A DNA stretch of 42,506 bases from Holosporales bacterium (GTDB taxonomy: Bacteria > Pseudomonadota > Alphaproteobacteria > UBA3830 > JAIRMZ01): the NCBI GenBank assembly GCA_031279495.1, contig JAITIJ010000074.1:1-42506 (forward strand), given 5' to 3'. Both the position numbers and the translations under genes were made by a program. The notes below the pieces were generated by a model. That model was not told the DNA's origin, did no database searches, and worked only from the letters and a program-made list of their open reading frames with translations. Below are positions 1 to 9,067 of this stretch, in pieces. Numbering within the stretch: the first letter of the stretch is position 1; each line of letters opens with the position of its first letter.

Positions 1-1807
1 AAATATCAATAACCGTGTACCGTCCAGGAGACATGAGATCCTTTTCTATCTTCACTTGCTGTGTTATTTCTTGAGCATATGTTTTGATGGTAATGCTTCC
101 TCCGTTCGGCATCGCATCACGCGCATTAATTGCGATATTTATGATCACTTGCTCGAGCTGAACCGGATCCGCCTGGACACGCCCCAGATCCGATCCATAA
201 ATAATATTAAGATCAACCGTTCCAAGAAGGCGTTGCAACAAGGCTGATAGATCTGAAAGTATATCGGTCACGTCCAAAACCTTTGGTTGCAGCTCTTGCT
301 GACGCGAAAACGCTAATAATTGACGCACAAGACGTGAGGCACGATTGGCGTTTTGCTTGATCTGCATAACATCGGCAAAAGGTTGCTCATTAGGAGAGTA
401 TCGTCCGAGCAAGAGATCACAATATCCGATCATGGCTGTCAGTAAATTATTGAAGTCATGCGCAATACCACCGGCTAATTGCCCCATCGCTTGCATCTTC
501 TGGGATTGTGTTAATCGCTCTTCTAGGTGCTTATGGTGTGCGACATCAATAACGTACATAACGAGAGGCTGTTCGGTCTCTTGGTCAGAAGAAGAGGGTA
601 AAAGTCCAATGTGACACAGAGCAGCATGCGGTTCTTGACCAATAAATGTAATTTCAAGTGTGTCTTCTGAAGGTTGAGAGGCCTCGCGCAGGCGCTCTTT
701 AACTGCTATATGGCTTGACACATCAAGGCATTCGAAGATGTTATTCCCAATAATTCTCTTTTTATCTTGTCCCATAAAACGACATAAAGTGTCGTTACAG
801 GCGCCTATAAGACCTTGTGAATCAAGCGTCATGATCCCAATCGGGGCTTGCGCAACCATGTGCATAAACGTTGTAATCCTGTTGTTATGCGTCTGAGGAG
901 AAGAGTTGGTTCCTTCTGCTGCGAGAGCACTATAAGTGCGCCACCCCTCACGCACGAAGATCTGCTGGACAAAGACTGGATGCGTTCTTTCTCGTCCCTC
1001 TAAAACCATAGGCACAACAGGAGAACGCATAAATCGTCCTGGCCCATCTACTGTCGGCAAACACATTCCCGTCTCTTTGGTAAACAATTCGCAACAGAGC
1101 GCTCCAACAACCTCTGTCCGTTCCATCCCTAACCATCGCGCAAAAACAGCGTTGCAAAAAACAACTGCTCCAGCGTTATTGACCGTAAAGTACCCCACGG
1201 TGGTGCTGTGCAACAGCTCTAGTAAAAAAATAGGATTGGCTTCAGGGCTATTGAGATACTGTGACGTGGGTGTTAAATCAGCGAAACTCCACAGCGTTCC
1301 ACCAGCAAGGGTGTTTAAGGGAGCGGCTGTTACTCGCCACCACATAAGATCTTTATTCTGCAGTGCCATCGGGACATCCAGATGGCACAACCCCCCGTTG
1401 GGCAGTTCCTTTGCAAAGCTCCTAAGCGCTTCGTGCATTCTGCGATGCTCTGAAAAATGTGTGAGAAAATCGGAGAAAGAGGCAATCTCTTCGCCGGGGA
1501 AAAGGCGTCGTGCTGGCGCGTTAATAAATTGGCACCGATCATCTGCGTCGAAGGCAAGTAAAGCATAGGGTGCTGCGTGGCAGCTTTCTTCTGCGATTTT
1601 ATAGTGTTTTTCGAAGTGTGCTGCAGCACGTTCAGCTTTATCCCAAAGACGCGAAATGGCATAAAGGCATCCAGCTGCCATACTTCCCAGGAAACAACCT
1701 TCTAAAGTGCCATCGAACAAGGTGAATAAAAGGAGGCACCCTGCAAGCGTTGCCACCAAAGCGGTCTGCCATCTGGAAAGAGGAGTTTTTGCTCGCCGCA
1801 ATGACAC
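1..1807 (-). CDS. cckA: CckA-like hybrid sensor histidine kinase. Partial: the C-terminus lies beyond the left window edge.
   Basis: It is absent from the ORF track because the frame has no stop inside the window. My own minus-strand translation, with phase fixed by GCG CAT GAC TTC AAT AAT at 463..446, is open from 2125 down to position 2. It reads QSQKMQAMGQLAGGIAHDFNNLLTAMIGYCDLLL (a HisKA H-box of the alphaproteobacterial CckA type) and then VIINIAINARDAMPNGG (HATPase N-box). Upstream are two PAS-like segments and two N-terminal hydrophobic helices (WQTALVATLAGCLLLFTLF and GCFLGSMAAGCLYAI). The start is ambiguous: GTG 1807, GTG 1900 or ATG 1681, with no in-frame ATG upstream of 1681. Confidence 0.8.
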   Translation of the reverse strand, partial: MSLRRAKTPLSRWQTALVATLAGCLLLFTLFDGTLEGCFLGSMAAGCLYAISRLWDKAERAAAHFEKHYKIAEESCHAAPYALLAFDADDRCQFINAPARRLFPGEEIASFSDFLTHFSEHRRMHEALRSFAKELPNGGLCHLDVPMALQNKDLMWWRVTAAPLNTLAGGTLWSFADLTPTSQYLNSPEANPIFLLELLHSTTVGYFTVNNAGAVVFCNAVFARWLGMERTEVVGALCCELFTKETGMCLPTVDGPGRFMRSPVVPMVLEGRERTHPVFVQQIFVREGWRTYSALAAEGTNSSPQTHNNRITTFMHMVAQAPIGIMTLDSQGLIGACNDTLCRFMGQDKKRIIGNNIFECLDVSSHIAVKERLREASQPSEDTLEITFIGQEPHAALCHIGLLPSSSDQETEQPLVMYVIDVAHHKHLEERLTQSQKMQAMGQLAGGIAHDFNNLLTAMIGYCDLLLGRYSPNEQPFADVMQIKQNANRASRLVRQLLAFSRQQELQPKVLDVTDILSDLSALLQRLLGTVDLNIIYGSDLGRVQADPVQLEQVIINIAINARDAMPNGGSITIKTYAQEITQQVKIEKDLMSPGRYTVIDI

Positions 1808-2165
1808 CGCATCTCCTTTCTTGCAAATGTAATGTATTTTAACAAAAATCGCGATAGTTGCTATATTTTTGCGGGGTTGGTTGTAGGAAAGAGCTTCCAC
1901 AGAGTCAACGAAAGACTGATAAGAATATCTTCCAATAATTTTCCGTGTTGCTGATGCGATTTGCTTCTTATGCTGACGCTTCGTAGGGACCCTTTGGCCT
2001 ATATTTCCTATTATGTTCCTATGTTGAATCTTATTAAGAAGGGTCTTGCGCGTCAGCCTTGTGTTTTCTTTGAATTTCTCCTCTAAAAAAGATTGACGTT
2101 TGCGTTTGTGATTGCTTAAATCATCTTATCAGTCCTTGGTGGGAGTCATTAAATGGAGAGTTTTC

Positions 2166-2438
2166 GTGAATAAGAATGAGTTGGTTGCCTTTATTGCCGA
2201 ATCAGCAAAGTTATCGAAAGGAGATGCTGGGCGTGCTGTTGACGCTTTTGTAGAAGCTATCGGTGCAACTTTGCGCAAGAAGGATGAGGTTCGTCTTGTT
2301 GGATTTGGAACGTTTTATGTTTCCAAAAGAGCTGCTACAAAGGGAAGGAATCCGAGAACAGGTGAAGAAATTACTATAGCAGCTTCACTTCAGCCGAAAT
2401 TTAAACCTGGAAAATCTTTGAAAGACGCAATTGCTTGA
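2166..2438 (+). CDS. hup: HU-family nucleoid-associated DNA-binding protein
   Basis: [33 protein letters not shown]...[41 protein letters not shown] is a canonical 90-aa HU/IHF fold sequence. The GTG at 2166 lies 5 nt after GGAGAG. The track ORF start at 2112 (TTG) adds an implausible 18-aa extension. Confidence 0.92.
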   Translation: MNKNELVAFIAESAKLSKGDAGRAVDAFVEAIGATLRKKDEVRLVGFGTFYVSKRAATKGRNPRTGEEITIAASLQPKFKPGKSLKDAIA

Positions 2439-2613
2439 TCTTTTATGGGGGAGGGGAGGCTCGTATTTTCAAAGCTAGCTGCTTCCCTCCAAACCTTTCA
2501 ACTATACACTTTAACTTAGCGAGAAGGAGAGATGGTGCTTTGTCTTTCGTTCTCGCTATGGAAAGGTTGTGTGCGAAGATATAGCAAGGTGTTTATGTAA
2601 GAGAGGAAATATC

Positions 2614-4554
2614 TTGGATACGTGCACACTTGTGACAGCGTTGCGTTTTTTGTCTGTTGATGTGATAGAAAGAGCACACTCTGGCCACCCTGGTATGCCA
2701 TTAGGGATGGCAGATGTTGTAACAGTCTTATATCGAGATTTTTTTCGATTTTTCCCAAAGGATCCCTACTGGACAGAACGAGATCGCCTGATTTTTTCTG
2801 GTGGGCATGGCTCTGCACTTCTCTATGGTTTATTATATTTACTTGGATATGAGCGTCCTACACTGCACGATTTGCAAAGCTTCCGAACGATCCATGCAAA
2901 TACTTCTGGGCACCCAGAATATGGCACGCTTGCGGGAGTAGAAATGACGACGGGCCCTCTTGGGCAGGGACTAGCTACGGCTATTGGATTGTGTGCTGCT
3001 GCTGCCCGACATCATGCGCTTTGTCCGGAAGAAGGTTCGCACACAACATATGTATGTGCGGGAGATGGCGACTTAATGGAAGGGGTCGCTTATGAGGCCA
3101 TTTCTTTAGCGGGCCATTTGCGACTCGGCGCGCTTGTTGTGCTTTTCGATGATAACAACATTACAATTGATGGACCGACACATATTGCCTCGAGTGGCGA
3201 TATAAAAGCGCATTTCAAAGCAGAGAACTGGCATGTGTGCACGGTAGACGGTCATGATGCAGATGATATTCATCACGGCTTACAGGAAGCGCTTACAGAT
3301 CCGCGCCCCTCTCTTGTTTGCTGTCGTACAGAGATTGGACACGGGGCACCGACACTTGCTGGCACCACACGCATCCACGGTAGCCCTATTGGTGCCGAAG
3401 AACGTTGTCGCATGCAAGCGGCACTGCACTGGCCTTATGCTCCTTTTGAAATCCCAGACGATATTCGTAATGCTTGGCGCGCATTAGCACAACGCAACGC
3501 GGACAAGTATTATGCTTCGAGAAAAACCGCTTCTTCTTCAAAACAGATCCCTGATACTGTGTTTGCAGCATTGGAAACACTCAAACAGCAGAGTCTGGAA
3601 GAGCCTGTACCATGCGCCACACGCGCAAGCTCTGGTCGTGTTTTGCAGGCTATTGTTCCGTTATGTCCCGCTCTTGTAGGAGGGTCGGCCGACCTGACAG
3701 CACCCAATCACACCAGGACGCCTAATATGTCAACATTTTCTGCAGAAACCCCATGGGGACAGTACGTGCATTATGGTGTACGTGAGCACGGCATGGCAGC
3801 ATTTATGAATGGCCTTGCGTTATATGGTCATGCAATTCCTTATGGAGGTACGTTCCTCTCTTTTAGTGACTATATGCGTCCTGCTTTACGCTTGAGTGCC
3901 ATGATGCATCTACAGGTCCTCTATCTCTTTACTCACGACTCAATCGGATTAGGAGAGGACGGCCCCACGCATCAACCTATTGAACACCTCATGAGTCTGC
4001 GTTTAATTCCCAATCTTTATGTTTTCCGCCCTGCTGATACGGTTGAGACGTGCGAGTGCTGGACCTCCGCGCTACAGCGAAACGATGGACCCTCAGCTTT
4101 ATTGCTCACACGCCAGTGCGTTCCTCCAGTGCGTTCTTCTGCGCGCCCCTGCATAGGAACTGCTGCACAAGGCGGATACATTCTAGAAGAGGATGTTGAT
4201 AAACGACAATTTACCATTTTAGCAACAGGATCCGAGGTCTCCATCGCTCTTAAAGCGAAAGAGCTTCTTAACACCCAAGGGTTCCGTGGAGCGGTCGTAA
4301 GTTTGCCTTGCTGGGAACTTTTCGACCAGCAAGAAATAAGTTATAAACGCCGCGTTTTAGGAAAGACACCAGTTCGCGTCAGTATAGAAGCAGGATCTCC
4401 CCTAGGGTGGGAGAAGCATACGGGAGCAAGTGGACATGCCTTTGGTCTTGATCGCTTTGGTCTTTCTGGTAAGGCTGAAGACCTGTTTACCTTCTTCGGG
4501 CTCACTGCCGAGGCTGTTTATCAGAAGGTAATAGAGAAACTCGAGAAGAAATAG
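2614..4554 (+). CDS. tkt: Transketolase
   Basis: It carries the ALRFLSVDVIERAHSGHPGMPLGMADV thiamine-diphosphate motif and GDGDLMEGV, and is full length at about 650 aa. The track start is GTG 2569. TTG 2614 follows AAGAGAGGA by about 6 nt and gives the usual N-terminal spacing to the HSGHPG motif, so I prefer it. The start remains uncertain. Confidence 0.93.
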   Translation: MDTCTLVTALRFLSVDVIERAHSGHPGMPLGMADVVTVLYRDFFRFFPKDPYWTERDRLIFSGGHGSALLYGLLYLLGYERPTLHDLQSFRTIHANTSGHPEYGTLAGVEMTTGPLGQGLATAIGLCAAAARHHALCPEEGSHTTYVCAGDGDLMEGVAYEAISLAGHLRLGALVVLFDDNNITIDGPTHIASSGDIKAHFKAENWHVCTVDGHDADDIHHGLQEALTDPRPSLVCCRTEIGHGAPTLAGTTRIHGSPIGAEERCRMQAALHWPYAPFEIPDDIRNAWRALAQRNADKYYASRKTASSSKQIPDTVFAALETLKQQSLEEPVPCATRASSGRVLQAIVPLCPALVGGSADLTAPNHTRTPNMSTFSAETPWGQYVHYGVREHGMAAFMNGLALYGHAIPYGGTFLSFSDYMRPALRLSAMMHLQVLYLFTHDSIGLGEDGPTHQPIEHLMSLRLIPNLYVFRPADTVETCECWTSALQRNDGPSALLLTRQCVPPVRSSARPCIGTAAQGGYILEEDVDKRQFTILATGSEVSIALKAKELLNTQGFRGAVVSLPCWELFDQQEISYKRRVLGKTPVRVSIEAGSPLGWEKHTGASGHAFGLDRFGLSGKAEDLFTFFGLTAEAVYQKVIEKLEKK

Positions 4555-4572
4555 GCAAATCGGGACCAATGA

Positions 4573-4899
4573 ATGTCAGTTAATAGTTTGGGGTTTCGGA
4601 AGGGTTTAGGGGCAAGGGCTTTTCGATGGAGTCTGACAATACTGAGCATCTTGCTATTAGGATGCACAGAGGATCCATTTTCCGATGATCCGATCGACGA
4701 TCTATCGTATCCAGACCTAAATCATCTCAATATTCCCGATAGCACAGCCCAACCCCACAGTGTATTCAATTCTACTGCGTCGATAGAGAGCTCCATTAAC
4801 ACCTCTCGCCAGCAAGAAATGGCCTTGTACAAACAACTGTGGGAAGCCGCTCAGCGACAAACTTCTGCACAGGAGCCCATAGAGAACAGCTTTCCATAG
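4573..4899 (+). CDS. Hypothetical small lipoprotein (orphan)
   Basis: The N-terminus MSVNSLGFRKGLGARAFRWSLTILSILLLGC has a positive n-region, a hydrophobic core and an L-L-G-C lipobox. The remainder is acidic and Ser/Gln-rich with no family I recognise. It starts 19 nt after tkt. Confidence 0.55.
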   Translation: MSVNSLGFRKGLGARAFRWSLTILSILLLGCTEDPFSDDPIDDLSYPDLNHLNIPDSTAQPHSVFNSTASIESSINTSRQQEMALYKQLWEAAQRQTSAQEPIENSFP

Positions 4900-5340
4900 T
4901 GTTTAGCAAGCTGTCGTTGCTACAAAAGTAAGAGATCTCTTCCGATAATAAGGGTTTGTTCTTATCCGCATTTCTCATACATCTTCGGCTACAAGACCTC
5001 TTCCCAGTCGGAAGAGCACATATCAACAAAAGTCATAGAAGATCCTTTCAATACACTCCTTGTATGTGAGTTCGCCTAAAATTCGACCAGAAAAAACGTT
5101 GTATTTGTTTCTTGTTCCGTCCCTCCTATATGTCCTATATGTAGAGATATTTTTTCGCAAAAAAAAACTTCCCAGCGCTAAGTTGTATATATTTTTCCGC
5201 GCGCATAGTCGAACCGAGAACACAATAAGACCAATGAGAAAGTTGTTTAGCAATAACAACTCAACAACGATTTTATTACAAGTCAACCAAATATTAACCA
5301 TATTGGTCTAGATTAGCAATATCAAAATAGGGAGGATAAT

Positions 5341-5931
5341 ATGAAGAGAATACTTTTTATTTTAACCGCTGTGGCACCAGCGATTTGCTTATGCATACAA
5401 CCCGATCAAGACCGAACAGAAGACCCCTCGCTCTCTCAACGAACAGCGTTAAGGCGGCAGACGCCTCCTTCTGGCGATCCGGAAAATCCACTAGGGAATA
5501 CTACAGAACGCCCTTCAACCCTGGCAGGTGCCCCCAATGGCACGGTAAGATTGATGGACGCTCAAGAATTTCCTATGCAGATCCTCGCAGAGAGCCAATG
5601 TATTGATCGTTCCTTGCGATACGGTACAACTTGCTGCTTTTTTGCGCGTGGAGCACTAAATGTCCTCTCGGGGCTCCTTTACGCCACAGGAGGAATACTC
5701 CTTCTTTTGCCAGGAGTGCTGACCGATAATCCTGCTACATTGAAATTGTACAATGTGTTTGCCTCTCTTTCTGTTTCCGGAGCTGTAATTTGCAGAGAAC
5801 TAGCCGGTCGTGCGCAACAAGATGTCGTGGACAATGAGCGAGAATTCGCGATGATTCAAGCATGGAGAACACAACAGCAGAACGCGGCAACCCCTCAAGA
5901 GTCAACGCAAAATCACGCCGATGAACTCTAA
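5341..5931 (+). CDS. Hypothetical exported/membrane protein (orphan)
   Basis: GGGAGG sits 4-5 nt upstream of the ATG. A Sec-type signal (MKRILFILTAVAPAICLC) is followed by a Pro/Thr/Arg-rich stretch. Two closely spaced hydrophobic helices follow: ALNVLSGLLYATGGILLLLPGVL and LYNVFASLSVSGAVIC. I recognise no family. Confidence 0.6.
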   Translation: MKRILFILTAVAPAICLCIQPDQDRTEDPSLSQRTALRRQTPPSGDPENPLGNTTERPSTLAGAPNGTVRLMDAQEFPMQILAESQCIDRSLRYGTTCCFFARGALNVLSGLLYATGGILLLLPGVLTDNPATLKLYNVFASLSVSGAVICRELAGRAQQDVVDNEREFAMIQAWRTQQQNAATPQESTQNHADEL

Positions 5932-6964
5932 GGATTAAGGTATCGTTCAGGATCTTTTCTTAGCCGTAAGAGCATTTGGAATGGAGTGTATTGGGATCCA
6001 GCGGATTGAAGGCCTATAAGGTCTTGTTGGAGTGTTTGTGTTTATACGAGCATATTACGAGCTCTCGGTGAATGGATTAAATCCTCTGTGAGAGGTTGAG
6101 ATGTAAAAAAAGAGGCGCTCATCTCATTCAGCAAAGACCTAGCTACCAGCCGTTCTTTGTTTGATGAGCTTGAATCTCGCGACTTCCTGTCTTCGTTCAT
6201 CTCCCCCTTCGCAGAGAGGTTGTTCTGTCCTTCTCTCTTACGCTAAAAGCGTTGCCGGTTTTTTGGGCAAGACAAACGTCCATGGGCGGCTATTAGGTGA
6301 CGTATAAGATTGATACTCACCTTCCTATGATTTCTTATGCAAACCTAAATAGCTTTCTCAAGCTAAGATCAAAGAAACAAACGTATTGCGTACTGTATAC
6401 GCCTAGGCACCACATCTGACATGCACTAGTTAACTCTTAATATTAATGTGGCAAAGAGCCCTCTATTTTTGCAGAGCTTTGCCGGTCAGACGAGTGTCTG
6501 TGCTTGACGAACCGTCAGCGCCTCTTAAAAAACTCACAACCCTTCTTTATCAAAAACCTCATTGTATACTAACCACCTCTCCTGTGGAAAAAAAATCTAT
6601 TAGCCATAAGGTATAACAGGAAAATAAGCTAGCGTTTATTCAATAGCCTTCCTAAAAACAAAGAATATGAAACAGGAAAGATTAAATTTTGAGCCATCAA
6701 AGCACCCAGGGTCTCATGGCAAACAAACTCAACGAGTCTAACTATGAGGAAGAAACTAGTATGTTCTTTTCGTTTTACGCAACCTACTCACCAAACAAGC
6801 CATAATATCCTCGTAAAAAACATAAATATCCAACGAAACATACAGGCCCTAAACCTATTGAATCTCAATATACTCCATCCTAGTTGTTCACATCTTGCTA
6901 GAACAAAGTCTTATTTTTTAAAAACACTCTTGACGACAAAAAAAGCAGAAGCGAGAGTAAGCAC

Positions 6965-7678
6965 ATGGCTGTAGAACGACATGATGCTGTTATTTTGCTG
7001 GAAAAGCATTTTTATGGAGAGCATCGATGTCACGGTATTTTTTTAACGCAAGCTTATGGGTGTATGCGGGTTAATTTGCCAAAAAGGAAGTCTCTTTCTT
7101 TGCAACCTGGTGATTTTGGGCAATTACGTTGGAAGACGCATTCTACAGAAAGGCTCGCTTTTGGCAGTTACGAGGGAGAAACGTCTCCTATCTCTACTAT
7201 TTTTCACAATCCATGTGCTCTGATCGCCTTAAAAAGCGCCTGTACACTGTGTGTTCGTGTGTTACCGGAACACGCCCCTGCTGAGCCGATGTTTCGCGCA
7301 CTTATCCGACTTTTGAAAGAGATGTCTGTCTTTCATCCTGCGCTTTATGTGCGTTTTGAGTGCGAAGCACTCTTTCATATTGGGTATGGTCTGGATCTTA
7401 CACGATGTGCTGTAACAGGAGCCTTTTCTGAGTTGCGTTTTGTGTCTCCTAAAACAGGATGTGCAGTGTCAGAAAAAGGGGCCGGTTCTTATCGAGAGAA
7501 ATTGCTAAAATTGCCGATCTTTTTAAGAGATCCGTCTATAAAATTAGAGGATATTTCTTCAGAAGATATACGACAGGGACTACGCTTGACAGAACATTTC
7601 TGGAATCGCGCCTTAAGAGCGCTTCACCCAACCCATCTTTTACCTCCTGAGCGCATATTGCTGGAACAGTACCTCTGA
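6965..7678 (+). CDS. recO: DNA repair protein RecO
   Basis: The N-terminal OB-fold pattern is DAVILLEKHFYGEHRCHGIFLTQAYGCMRVNL. The C-terminal pattern is GYGLDLTRCAVTG...RFVSPKTGCAVSEKGAGSYREKLLKLPIFL. At 237 aa it is typical of RecO. Confidence 0.88.
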   Translation: MAVERHDAVILLEKHFYGEHRCHGIFLTQAYGCMRVNLPKRKSLSLQPGDFGQLRWKTHSTERLAFGSYEGETSPISTIFHNPCALIALKSACTLCVRVLPEHAPAEPMFRALIRLLKEMSVFHPALYVRFECEALFHIGYGLDLTRCAVTGAFSELRFVSPKTGCAVSEKGAGSYREKLLKLPIFLRDPSIKLEDISSEDIRQGLRLTEHFWNRALRALHPTHLLPPERILLEQYL

Positions 7679-7684
7679 TCCTAT

Positions 7685-8182
7685 TCAAAGAGAGGTGATC
7701 CACCATCCTATGCGCACAAGAATACCAGCGCAAAGGCCGGCCAGCAGATCGTCTCCAAGAACGCAGATGGCGGCTGTTTTCGCTGATGTTGTCTGTTGAG
7801 AAAGTGTATCTAAAGAGCGAATCGCGCCTATTTTCTTGATATCCAAAAGACGGAACAGAAGGAAAGCCAAAAGGCCAGCACTTGTTGTTTGCGGAATACA
7901 GGTTAGTGCCAGCAATTGGCCTAGGAACTCATCAACCACAATATAAGAAGGATCTTTCTCTGGGGTACAGCGCAGGATCTTCAAAATGGCCATTCCTCCT
8001 AGAGGAATCGCTGTGCACAAAAATATCATCCAGAAGAAGACAGAGAAACACGCTTTTCCAATGCTCCACAGAGCCAAGGCCAATAAAGAGCCATAAGTTC
8101 CTGGACATTTCGGTAAATAGCCGACACCACCGCAGGTTGCGATTATCTCCGCTATATTTGACTGACGATCTCTCCTATACAT
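7685..8182 (-). CDS. pgpA: Phosphatidylglycerophosphatase A
   Basis: The translation shows ATCGGVGYLPKCPGTYGSLLALALW, IVVDEFLGQLLAL, FRLLDIKK and GDDLLAGLCAGILV. These are the PgpA family signature blocks, and the protein is 165 aa. Confidence 0.9.
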   Translation of the reverse strand: MYRRDRQSNIAEIIATCGGVGYLPKCPGTYGSLLALALWSIGKACFSVFFWMIFLCTAIPLGGMAILKILRCTPEKDPSYIVVDEFLGQLLALTCIPQTTSAGLLAFLLFRLLDIKKIGAIRSLDTLSQQTTSAKTAAICVLGDDLLAGLCAGILVRIGWWITSL

Positions 8183-8249
8183 GCTTGTCTCTTTTTTAGT
8201 GCAAAACTAGGCTATAGACTAGCTAATTTGTACTATACAAAATATTACA

Positions 8250-9002
8250 ATGGATTTTTCGGAAAATGATACGCCAAAGACCAGGTTGTATGGCCGTCGG
8301 CGATCGCATGGATTAAAACCGAGCCAATGGCAATATCTTCAAGAAAGTGTTGCGGAAACATCCCTCCTGCACTTTACTGATGCGTTCGAGAAGAGGGTAT
8401 TTTCTCATATTTATCTTGAGATAGGATTTGGTGCCGGCGAGCACCTTTTAGCACAAGCCGAAGCGTGCTCAGAGGCGGCTTTTATCGGTGCAGAACCTTT
8501 CGAAAACGGCTTTGTACAGGCGCATCAAAAGGCGGCGCGTTTATCCAATCTCTTTCTGCATAATGAAGATGTACGATTACTGCTTCCGCTTTTCCCTCCC
8601 GCTTCTTTGGATGGTGTGTACGTGTTGTTCCCAGATCCTTGGCCCAAAAGGAGGCATCAGAAACGTCGTCTAATGAACAAGGCTTTTCTGGAAGCGTTGG
8701 CTTTGCTCTTTAAGCCAGGGGGAGAGCTGCGTTTTGCTACTGATTGCCTGGACTATGCAGCAGAAGTGATTCGATTGATAGAAGAAAGCTCAGATTGGCG
8801 CTGGAAGACGACAACGCCACGTACGCCGCATACTCTCGTTGAAGTGCCTTGCTTTTGCAAAGCAACAACACAGCAAATCCTCAAAGCTCATACATCTTTT
8901 TTCGCAAGACCTCTTTCTTGGCCAGAAACACGTTATGAATGCAAGGCTCTTCAGCGCGGCAGAGCGTGCTGCTATCTCAGTGCTTTGTATGGCGCTAAAT
9001 AA
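8250..9002 (+). CDS. trmB: tRNA (guanine-N7)-methyltransferase
   Basis: The SAM site is LEIGFGAGEHLL, followed by VLFPDPWPKRRHQKRRL and a C-terminal TRYECKA motif. These are TrmB hallmarks. Confidence 0.9.
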   Translation: MDFSENDTPKTRLYGRRRSHGLKPSQWQYLQESVAETSLLHFTDAFEKRVFSHIYLEIGFGAGEHLLAQAEACSEAAFIGAEPFENGFVQAHQKAARLSNLFLHNEDVRLLLPLFPPASLDGVYVLFPDPWPKRRHQKRRLMNKAFLEALALLFKPGGELRFATDCLDYAAEVIRLIEESSDWRWKTTTPRTPHTLVEVPCFCKATTQQILKAHTSFFARPLSWPETRYECKALQRGRACCYLSALYGAK

Positions 9003-9036
9003 AAAAAGAAAGCTTCCACTTGCGGGGAAGCTTTTG
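9001..9036. terminator. Rho-independent terminator between the convergent genes trmB and flgE (clearer on the minus strand)
   Basis: There is a perfect 9-bp stem, AAAGCTTCC (9009..9017) with GGAAGCTTT (9026..9034), and an 8-nt loop. On the minus strand the hairpin is followed by CTTTTTTT. On the plus strand it is followed only by TTT(T)G. Confidence 0.6.
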
Positions 9037-9067
9037 AGAGAAGGTAATGACAAGTAGAGAAGTAAGA

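Noticed and set aside
56-1826. Track ORFs 56..247, 345..614 and 936..1568 (plus strand), and 948..1157, 1330..1662 and 1638..1826 (minus strand)
   Set aside because: All lie inside the cckA reading frame, either antisense or out of frame. That frame is open across the whole region and carries unmistakable PAS, HisKA and HATPase sequence. The listed products are Arg/Cys/Ser-rich with no motifs.
2450-2490. Hairpin after hup (GGAGGGGAG ... CTTCCCTCC, 9 bp including one G-T pair) as a terminator
   Set aside because: The loop is about 23 nt and no T-tract follows (AAACCTTT). This is too weak to call an intrinsic terminator.
4998-5016. Stem-loop CTCTTCC-cagtc-GGAAGAG downstream of the 4573..4899 ORF
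   Set aside because: There is no adjacent T-tract on either strand, so it could be chance. It is not reported as a terminator.
5023-5311. ORFs 5023..5301 (minus) and 5060..5311 (plus) in the AT-rich spacer
   Set aside because: They are mutually overlapping ORFs in AT-rich DNA. Their products are low-complexity and Lys/Ile/Phe/Asn-rich. Neither has an SD, so they are typical spurious ORFs.
5932-6964. The 1-kb gap as a replication origin, tmRNA, RNase P RNA or SRP RNA locus
   Set aside because: I found no cluster of DnaA boxes, only one weak TGTGGAAAA. There is no TTAA-N7-TTAA; the TTAA triplet at 6430..6446 has the wrong spacing. There is no tRNA-like GGTTCGA T-arm, no GAGGAAAGTCC RNase P motif and no SRP domain IV motif.
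6744-6974. 76-aa ORF upstream of recO
   Set aside because: The sequence is low-complexity and lacks an SD. It overlaps the recO start and lies in a G-poor stretch where stop codons are simply rare in that frame.
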